24,000 nt of DNA from Candidatus Omnitrophota bacterium. Lineage in GTDB: Bacteria > Omnitrophota > Gorgyraeia > Velamenicoccales > Velamenicoccaceae. The notes beneath the pieces are model-generated. The model did no database searches. It had not been told where the DNA came from and saw only the letters and a list, made by a program, of their open reading frames with translations. Every line of letters starts with the position of its first letter. Positions within the stretch are counted from its first letter, which is position 1. Below are positions 6,983-13,006 of this stretch, piece by piece. A program made the position numbers and the translations under genes. The DNA lies in assembly GCA_016235185.1 (NCBI GenBank), contig JACRLT010000042.1, positions 37,917 to 61,916 of the forward strand. The letters run 5' to 3'.

Positions 6983-8089
6983 TCAAATCAGGCGGGAACA
7001 GATCTCATCTAAAACAACCATGCCAGATAGGGTCGCTTTCAAGCGAAGCTTCTCTTGGCTCAATAACCCGTGTTCAATAAGATCGTAAATAACCGCTTTC
7101 TTCTCTTTAGGCAATATGACTTCAAACCTTTGCTCCAGATCGGAGACATCCACTCCTTCGGCCAACCTTAGGCCTATGAGCAGTGTCTCCATAAAACGCT
7201 CTTCTTGCGTCAATTTCTCCTGGCCCTCCATAGCCCGGGGCTTTTCTTTCATCATATCAAGGTAGGTTTCTATCGTAGCACCATTCCAATATCTATGGCC
7301 GTTTAAGTGTGAGTGGGCTGCAACGCCCATGCCTATATAATTTCCGCCCCTCCAATAATTAATGTTATGCCTGCATGGATACCCCTGTTTGGCAAAATTG
7401 CTTACCTCGTAATGAAAAAAACCGTGACGCTCTAACGATTGCGAAACAAAAAGATACTCATCCCCCTGTTTTACATTAGTAGGCGGTTCTATGTTGCGAA
7501 GGTAAAATTGAGAACCTTCACAAATAGAGAGCGTATAAAGCGAGATGTGCTCGCTGCCAAAAGACGCAAGGCCAAAAACATCCTCTTCTATTTCTTTTCT
7601 CGTCTGGCCCGGCAAGGAATAGATAAGGTCCAGGTTAATATTTTTAAACCCTGCATCCCTTAAGGCCTCAAAAGAAGAAAGGGCCTGCGTTCTGGTGTGC
7701 GGCCTGCCCAAAAATTCCAAATACTTGTCATTAAGCGACTGTACCCCGAGGCTCATGCGGTTGGCTCCTGAATCAAAGATCGTTTTAGCCTTCTGTGCAT
7801 CAAACGTAGCAGGATTAGCCTCCATAGTTATTTCGGCTCCGTCTTCGATCACAAAATTAGACCGTATGATCTCAAATAGCGTTCTTATGTCAAGAACGCT
7901 TAAATACGTCGGCGTCCCGCCGCCTATATAGACAGTGCTGACACTTTGGCCTTTATAGCCTGAAGCCTCTTTATCCAAGGCATCCAGATACGGCCCTATC
8001 AGATCATCTTTTTTCTCAAACGAAGAGAACGAACAATAGAAACACTTGGACTGACAAAATGGGATGTGGATGTATAAGGAAGGGTTCAT
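6983..8089 (-). CDS. hemW: Radical SAM heme chaperone HemW (HemN-like, oxygen-independent coproporphyrinogen oxidase family)
   Basis: LYIHIPFCQSKCFYCSF radical-SAM CxxxCxxC motif, GGGTP, 368 aa. Confidence 0.9.
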   Translation of the reverse strand: MNPSLYIHIPFCQSKCFYCSFSSFEKKDDLIGPYLDALDKEASGYKGQSVSTVYIGGGTPTYLSVLDIRTLFEIIRSNFVIEDGAEITMEANPATFDAQKAKTIFDSGANRMSLGVQSLNDKYLEFLGRPHTRTQALSSFEALRDAGFKNINLDLIYSLPGQTRKEIEEDVFGLASFGSEHISLYTLSICEGSQFYLRNIEPPTNVKQGDEYLFVSQSLERHGFFHYEVSNFAKQGYPCRHNINYWRGGNYIGMGVAAHSHLNGHRYWNGATIETYLDMMKEKPRAMEGQEKLTQEERFMETLLIGLRLAEGVDVSDLEQRFEVILPKEKKAVIYDLIEHGLLSQEKLRLKATLSGMVVLDEICSRLI

Positions 8090-8120
8090 ACCGTGAAATA
8101 GACGCTAAGAATTAATTTAT

Positions 8121-8177
8121 CCCGCTTCGCAAAATGTGTTAAAATTCTCTACGATAATTTTAACACGCTTACGCGGG
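8121..8177. repeat. Hairpin module related to the central hairpin of family-1 copy 2, in inverted orientation
   Basis: 8138-8164 is GTTAAAATT-CTCTACGAT-AATTTTAAC. Its reverse complement differs from 2524-2552 by one loop base plus compensatory stem changes. It is flanked by CCCGC (8121-8125) and GCGGG (8173-8177). Confidence 0.6.
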
Positions 8178-8204
8178 ATTTCGCTGGAATAGGCATCAAT
8201 GTGC

Positions 8205-8591
8205 TCAAAATGATCTGAAATTCTTGACGTATTCGGCGAGAAACTGCTTTGTGCTTTGGTCGATCTCGGTAAATTCCAAGCCAACCCGATAAGTCGCTGA
8301 ATCACCCTGCGAAGAACAATATCGCACTATTCCTTTGGCATGGATCTTAACATCCCCCTCCTCTTTTGTAGGGAGGTCAAAAGCAATGTCCAATTCGGTA
8401 TTTCGCGGTAACATTACCTCGGAGATAAAACCAATACCACCCTCGCCCAGATCGACCAGGCAGACGGTTTCGCTGCTGCCCCCGAGCTTCATTTTTACTT
8501 CAGGAGGATGTTCAACAGAATAAAAGAGGTCTGTCTTTAAAAGCGCCCTTTCGGATTTACGCCTATCAACCCCCCAGAATGAATCGTCCAT
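8205..8591 (-). CDS. PilZ-domain protein (putative c-di-GMP receptor)
   Basis: RRKSER (RxxxR) and DLGEGGIGF (D/NxSxxG-like) motifs. 128 aa. Confidence 0.75.
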   Translation of the reverse strand: MDDSFWGVDRRKSERALLKTDLFYSVEHPPEVKMKLGGSSETVCLVDLGEGGIGFISEVMLPRNTELDIAFDLPTKEEGDVKIHAKGIVRYCSSQGDSATYRVGLEFTEIDQSTKQFLAEYVKNFRSF

Positions 8592-8621
8592 ATTTTCACC
8601 TTCCGTTGCCTGCTTTAAAAC

Positions 8622-9206
8622 TTAATCACCCATATCTGTCAGCATATCCCCCATATCCGGCATGCCAAGTGACATCTTCTGATAACCGGCAGGGATCTCG
8701 AATAATCCCTGATCTTGTGCGCCGGTCTGGATATTCTTGAACTCGCTCGACCAGCTACCGTCTATAGCAGCGGTCTTTACCGGGATATGCGTACTATCAT
8801 CGATCCACTGGAAGACCGCCTCACGCCTGCCTTGCGCCTGGAAAGTCACGCGGTACTTAGTCGTGGCCATGCCATTGACCGTCTCTTTACCTTCAACGAT
8901 ACGTTCGATCTCTCCGGCCACCTTCTCCTGTGTCCCGGCGGCCGAGCGCGCGTCGATCGGCTGTTCCATATACATCGACTCACTCGGCATAAGCACCCAC
9001 GCTACCATCTTATCCATGCGGCTTATAGTCGTAGCTTCCGGCATATCCATCCGCGACTTCTGGCCCGAAACATAAATTTTTGCCGTAAAAGTCCCATCTG
9101 AAGAAGAACTCACCATATCCGCGCTAAAATCCTCCGCGTAACTAGTGCCTGCCAATAACGCCATCCCAAACACTAAAAATATCGAATAAAACGCAACCTT
9201 CCGCAT
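8622..9206 (-). CDS. Secreted hypothetical protein
   Basis: 194-aa ORF with signal peptide MRKVAFYSIFLVFGMALLAGTSYA. GGAGG lies 5 nt upstream of the ATG. No family confidently recognised. Confidence 0.6.
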   Translation of the reverse strand: MRKVAFYSIFLVFGMALLAGTSYAEDFSADMVSSSSDGTFTAKIYVSGQKSRMDMPEATTISRMDKMVAWVLMPSESMYMEQPIDARSAAGTQEKVAGEIERIVEGKETVNGMATTKYRVTFQAQGRREAVFQWIDDSTHIPVKTAAIDGSWSSEFKNIQTGAQDQGLFEIPAGYQKMSLGMPDMGDMLTDMGD

Positions 9207-9232
9207 ACCCGCCTCCGCAATGGTTTCTGTCC

Positions 9233-9541
9233 CTATTTTTTTCCGCTTGCCTGATATCCGTATAACCCTATTTTCTTCCTATTGGATTGCGGCCTGAAAT
9301 GCACAAAAATGCGGCCGTAATTCTTGTCATCCTTCTCTACCCTATGGTAGAGCTGCTTTATCTTCGGCTGTGCCAAAAAACGCAGTACATGTTTTTTTAG
9401 TTCCCCGCTCCCTTTACCGGCGATGATCTCCACTAAAGCGATCCTTTTAGTGACAGCCTCATCGACAACCCGATTAAGCTCGATATCGATCAGGTTCCCT
9501 TTATTAAAAATATCGTGCAGATCCAACTTTATTCTGGCCAT
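9233..9541 (-). CDS. Smr-domain (MutS2 C-terminal-like) small protein
   Basis: 102 aa. LDLHD...VEIIAGKGSGELKKHVLRFL resembles the Smr core (LDLHG...HGKG...L). Called by eye only. Confidence 0.6.
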   Translation of the reverse strand: MARIKLDLHDIFNKGNLIDIELNRVVDEAVTKRIALVEIIAGKGSGELKKHVLRFLAQPKIKQLYHRVEKDDKNYGRIFVHFRPQSNRKKIGLYGYQASGKK

Positions 9542-9547
9542 GGCCTT

Positions 9548-9586
9548 ATTATTGACTTACGCAAAACCAATGGAAGCTTCTTTGCG
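9548..9586 (-). repeat. Short hairpin repeat, family 3, copy B (immediately upstream of the Smr start)
   Basis: Minus-strand reading: CGCAAAGAAGCTTCCAT-TGG-TTTTGCGTAAGTCAATAATAAGGCC, then ATG. It matches plus-strand 1891-1925. Confidence 0.7.
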
Positions 9587-9602
9587 TTCCTCTATAATTA
9601 TG

Positions 9603-10235
9603 CTAGTTGTCTAGGACTGTAAATTCATGGATATATTTTTTTATAGATTCGCCTATTGTCAGGAAATCTTTTTTGGCAAGCAGCTCTTTTTTAAAGACGC
9701 TTGCGCCGAAGCTGACGGCAGAAGCGCCATTCGCAAAATATGTCCTCAAGTTTTGGGGCGTCACACCGCCGCACGCCAAAAGCTCAACATCACCAAACGG
9801 CCTTTTTATCTCCTTGAAATATTCAGGCCCGAAAAAATTAGACGGGAAGACCTTGACCATAGTCGCGCCGCTCTTCCAGGCGTTCCAGATTTCCTGGGGG
9901 GTCAGCGCCCCGGGGAACGCGGGTATATTATTTTTGACGCAATACTCCATGACGTCCTGGACAAGCGCAGGCATGACGATAAATGTTGCGCCGGCATCAA
10001 GCGCGCTTTTTAGACTCTCTAGATCCAATACTGTGCCGGCCCCGATCGTCAGGCGCTTTTTTGATAGCGCAACGGCTTTACGGATCAATTCGGCAGCGCC
10101 CTTGGTATTCATGGTTATCTCTATTGTTTTTAATCCTGCGGACTCGATGGTGGCGACCAAAGGTTCAAGCGTCTCGGCTCCTATGCCGCGCAAGATGCCG
10201 AGGATCGGCAATTGTTTAAATTTCGCGACTTCCAC
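9603..10235 (-). CDS. eda: KDPG/KHG aldolase (2-dehydro-3-deoxyphosphogluconate / 4-hydroxy-2-oxoglutarate aldolase)
   Basis: LPILGILRG...IEITMNT...IGAGTVL...GATFIVMP...PGALTPQEI...VKVFP. 210 aa. Confidence 0.85.
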   Translation of the reverse strand: MEVAKFKQLPILGILRGIGAETLEPLVATIESAGLKTIEITMNTKGAAELIRKAVALSKKRLTIGAGTVLDLESLKSALDAGATFIVMPALVQDVMEYCVKNNIPAFPGALTPQEIWNAWKSGATMVKVFPSNFFGPEYFKEIKRPFGDVELLACGGVTPQNLRTYFANGASAVSFGASVFKKELLAKKDFLTIGESIKKYIHEFTVLDN

Positions 10236-10236
10236 C

Positions 10237-11187
10237 CTATTCCTCCACTTCCCCGACTAAGCTGTCATAAAATTCCCGGTAATTCTCCTTCTTGTCACTG
10301 CTTCGCAAAGCTATAGCAGCCCTGGGATGCTCATCAAGGATGCCGGTGATAGCATAGGGAATAATATATCCCCACTCCATCTTTTCCCGTAACGGGATAA
10401 ACTCCTTAGAGATAAGATCAAGGACAGGCCTTATGTCGAATTTCGGATTTTTTAAAAATCCCAGCACAAGTTCCAACGGGCAGTTCCCCGCTGCACGGCC
10501 CAACCCATAAACAGTGGCATCCACATAATTGGCATCATGGATTATCGCCTCAATAGTGTTGCTAAAAGCAAGCTGCTGGTTGTTATGCGCATGTATCCCA
10601 ACTTCTTTGGATTTCAGTATGCTTTTTGCTTTTTTTATGAGGAACTCCGTTGTCTCCTGATACAAAGCACCAAAACTATCGACGATATAGATGACGCCCG
10701 CCTTGCACTCAAGTTCCAGCTGTTGCAGGCATTCGGTCAATTCATTATCCAATGCCCGCGATATAGCCATGATATTGACCGTGGTTTCATAACCTTTGTC
10801 GGCAAAATGGTTCACCAGATATATGGCCTTATCGATATCCTTTACATAAGATGCCACACGCATCATTGCAACCGGGCTGTCTTTGCGCGGTACGATATCA
10901 TCAACATCCACCCTGTCCACGTCCACCATACAAGAGATCTTGGTCTTTGACTCTATACCGTCAGTGACTTTTTTTATGTCCTCTTCATCGCAGAATTTCC
11001 ATCTTCCGAAGTCCTTGGGTGAAAACAGTTTCTTGGAATTCTTGTAACCTATCTCCATGTAATCTACGCCGGCCAATGAAAGCGCCTTATAGACCTCGCG
11101 GACAAACCGGATATCAAAATCGTGGTTATTGATAAGCCCGCCGTCCCTTATCGTGCAATCCAATACTTTTATCTTCTCTCGAAACAT
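10237..11187 (-). CDS. HMGL-like (DRE-TIM metallolyase / pyruvate carboxyltransferase-domain) aldolase family protein
   Basis: VLDCTIRDGG near the N-terminus and VGIHAHNNQQLAFSN (HxH metal site). 316 aa. AAGGGAG RBS. Confidence 0.8.
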   Translation of the reverse strand: MFREKIKVLDCTIRDGGLINNHDFDIRFVREVYKALSLAGVDYMEIGYKNSKKLFSPKDFGRWKFCDEEDIKKVTDGIESKTKISCMVDVDRVDVDDIVPRKDSPVAMMRVASYVKDIDKAIYLVNHFADKGYETTVNIMAISRALDNELTECLQQLELECKAGVIYIVDSFGALYQETTEFLIKKAKSILKSKEVGIHAHNNQQLAFSNTIEAIIHDANYVDATVYGLGRAAGNCPLELVLGFLKNPKFDIRPVLDLISKEFIPLREKMEWGYIIPYAITGILDEHPRAAIALRSSDKKENYREFYDSLVGEVEE

Positions 11188-11236
11188 ATTTACTCCCTTT
11201 TGTTAGACGTTATGGATCCTGCTGAAACTGCGCTTC

Positions 11237-11242
11237 ATTATA
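11237..11242 (-). promoter_or_regulatory. Candidate -10 box (TATAAT) for the aldolase-eda operon
   Basis: The minus strand reads GGGTATAATG about 50 nt upstream of ATG 11187, just downstream of the terminator T-tract. No good -35 was found. Confidence 0.4.
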
Positions 11243-11266
11243 CCCTGCAGACCTTAGGTGGGCTAC

Positions 11267-11300
11267 AAAAAAAATACAAAAAAACCTGCCAAAAGGCAGG
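11267..11300 (-). terminator. Rho-independent terminator
   Basis: Minus strand: CCTGCC-TTTT-GGCAGG followed by TTTTTTTGTATTTTTTTT. Confidence 0.7.
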
Positions 11301-11310
11301 CAAAAGTAAA

Positions 11311-11418
11311 GGGGCAAGCGTGGGGACATACCATTTTTCACGGGCATATCCTGCCCTCTAGATGTCCGGCCGCTTGCCCTTAAAGCTTGATGCTTGAAAC
11401 TTACTGCATGTTTCAACC
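11311..11418 (-). ncRNA. Candidate structured RNA (tmRNA 3' trailer, sRNA or leader); function unknown
   Basis: Nested helices: 11312-11320/11371-11379 (9 bp), 11324-11329/11362-11367 and 11342-11346/11352-11356. A separate hairpin lies at 11394-11400/11410-11416. The terminator follows. Confidence 0.35.
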
Positions 11419-11540
11419 TTAATTAAAATGTAACACATCAAATATAATTTTCAAGGGGGATAAAAAAATTATTTTCCCCGCGTTTTGAGATACTTTCGCG
11501 CCCTGCTCGGCTTACCGCCTCGCTACGGTCGCTCAAGTAT

Positions 11541-11576
11541 CCACCATCTTTTTCCGATACAGGAAAAAGATGGTGG
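11541..11576 (-). terminator. 15-bp perfect hairpin that includes the tmRNA 3' CCACCA (processing or termination hairpin)
   Basis: CCACCATCTTTTTCC (11541-11555), a 6-nt loop, then GGAAAAAGATGGTGG (11562-11576). No U-tract follows on the minus strand. Confidence 0.45.
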
Positions 11577-12043
11577 AGGTGGGCGGAATCGAACCGCCGT
11601 CCTTAAATTATCCGATAGAAAGCACTACATGTTTAGCCTATTTATTAATTTAACCTGTTTTACTCCAGTAGGCAGGATTAAAACAGGCTGTCCTTTTTTA
11701 GATTTAATCCCGACAACTAAAGGAATGTTGTTGGAACGAGCCTGTTTCCGGCACCTATACGCTTCCAGGCAAAACGCATAAGTGGTCCCGCTTAATGAGC
11801 GAGAGCTAACGCTGGAGTTGCAGGAGCAGCTGTCAATCCAGGATTGGTAGCCTCAGTGGAGAACAAACTTACTGTTTCCTCTGATGTAGCCGCCATACTT
11901 GGACCATTGGCAATTGCTTCAGCTTCTCTGATCAGACTTTCGTCTTTTGCGTTTATATTGTGCAAGGTGTTTAAAGAGGCCTCCTCGCAACCTCTACATG
12001 CTCCATCTACCAGTAAAACCTAAGTCGAGCCCTTTTCACCCCC
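11571..12043 (-). ncRNA. ssrA: tmRNA (SsrA), 473 nt
   Basis: The 5' end GGGGGTGAAAAGGGCTCGACTTAGG pairs with the 3' end ...GGCGGTTCGATTCCGCCCACCTCCACCA. The acceptor stem has a G3:U pair and a T-arm GGTTCGATTCC. PK1: AGAGG/CCTCT plus TGCGAGG/CCTTGCA. The resume region AAAC-GCA AAA GAC GAA parallels E. coli GCA AAC GAC GAA. Confidence 0.93.
11792..11950 (-). other. tmRNA tag-encoding reading frame (52 codons plus TAA)
   Basis: From GCA at 11950: AKDESLIREAEAIANGPSMAATSEETVSLFSTEATNPGLTAAPATPALALAH*. Translated by hand; no in-frame stop before 11794-11792. Confidence 0.55.
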
Positions 12044-12081
12044 AGGCATACCTCAAAGAACAATGGATCAACTGCCATCAT

Positions 12082-13002
12082 TTAAAACGCTGGCCTTCTT
12101 CTAACCCCTTTTCCTGTAAAGTGTTTTATCGCTTCAGGAGGATATTCCAGGAAATATTTATCTTCTCCCAGGAATGAAGAATCCTTGAAGAAGAACTTCT
12201 CAAACTCATTAAAATTATAAGCCATAATGACTGTTTTTACAATGCTAATTATCGCATCTTTTTTCTCATCAGCCGTTAAGTCAAAGGGCGTTGTATTATA
12301 CTCAAGAGCGAAACGTTTGTAAATACGCCACTTAATCTGCTTTTCAACAAACTCCTGCATAGTCACGTCATGGTAATTGACATGTGTTCCTTCTATATCC
12401 CGATAAGATGAGGATGTTTTATTGCCATCAAGGTCAACTTGTTCTTCTATCTTCTCCAGGTCCCAAGACAGCCGGCTAAAGCCCTCACCCGAAAAATCAA
12501 CGCCAACATTATAATTCTTTAAATCGTCAATAAAACCCATATAATATTCATCAACAGTATTATTTGGATCTTCAATATTCGTAACAACAAGCACAAAAAA
12601 CGTATAGGGCTGCGTACATCTAAGTTCGAGATCGCGCATCAGTCTCACTACTTTCTGCGAGATGTATCTTAATTCAGGAGGGTCCTGCTTTCTGAACGGG
12701 TTGAAAGAGGCAATGTTATATTCAAGATTAAAAGCATTATCATTTTTTATCTTAGTCCCTGCAAGCCCTTTCCTTCCTGACGAATAAGGCATATATACCC
12801 ATAGGGTGTCATTGGCAGCCCTGCAGGTGACGCGCGCCTGGTAGCGGTTCTTGCAAATCACGGGAAGAACTCCCAGGAGCTCTTCCCGTGACATCTTAAA
12901 AGAATTCTCACACGACGTCAGAAGAACCATCAATGAACATAATAAAAAAAATCTCACAGATACCCGCGCCGGCAACATTATCTTATTTGTATTATTTTCC
13001 AT
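12082..13002 (-). CDS. Hypothetical lipoprotein encoded between the tandem FtsH gene and ssrA
   Basis: Start at ATG 13002 with GGGAG 9 nt upstream, 4 nt after the FtsH stop. MENNTNKIMLPARVSVRFFLLCSLMVLLTSCEN carries a lipobox (LTSC). The tracked longer ORF (to 13185) overlaps the ftsH-like gene. Confidence 0.65.
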   Translation of the reverse strand: MENNTNKIMLPARVSVRFFLLCSLMVLLTSCENSFKMSREELLGVLPVICKNRYQARVTCRAANDTLWVYMPYSSGRKGLAGTKIKNDNAFNLEYNIASFNPFRKQDPPELRYISQKVVRLMRDLELRCTQPYTFFVLVVTNIEDPNNTVDEYYMGFIDDLKNYNVGVDFSGEGFSRLSWDLEKIEEQVDLDGNKTSSSYRDIEGTHVNYHDVTMQEFVEKQIKWRIYKRFALEYNTTPFDLTADEKKDAIISIVKTVIMAYNFNEFEKFFFKDSSFLGEDKYFLEYPPEAIKHFTGKGVRRRPAF

Positions 13003-13006
13003 AAGC

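Noticed and set aside
6702-6986. A 94-aa minus-strand ORF spanning the hemW-lipoprotein intergenic region. Similar ORFs lie over other intergenic elements: 966..1163, 8117..8305, 11210..11416, 11485..11781, 11947..12177 and 20388..20765.
   Set aside because: They read through repeat hairpins, the terminator or the tmRNA gene itself, lack an RBS, and have Gly/Pro/Arg-rich repeat-derived translations.
9607-10260. Long plus-strand ORFs antisense to well-supported minus-strand genes. Examples: 9607..10260 (217 aa), 4993..5580 (195 aa), 19242..19733 (163 aa), 1550..1981 and 3152..3577.
   Set aside because: Each lies entirely opposite a gene with clear family motifs (eda, histidine kinase, NSS transporter, and so on). 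Their translations are low-complexity and Ser/Pro/Arg-rich with no recognisable motifs or RBS. They are typical shadow ORFs.
11421-11460. A promoter for the structured region at 11311-11418 (TTGAAA at 11454-11449).
   Set aside because: The hexamer 17 nt downstream is ACATTT, and no better -10 sits at an acceptable spacing. This is too weak to call, so the origin of transcription of this region is left open.
11188-11570. A genomic island or prophage integrated at the tmRNA 3' end.
   Set aside because: No integrase gene and no direct repeat of the tmRNA 3' terminus lies downstream. The only copy of the CCACCA-proximal sequence is inverted (a hairpin). Ordinary metabolic genes follow.
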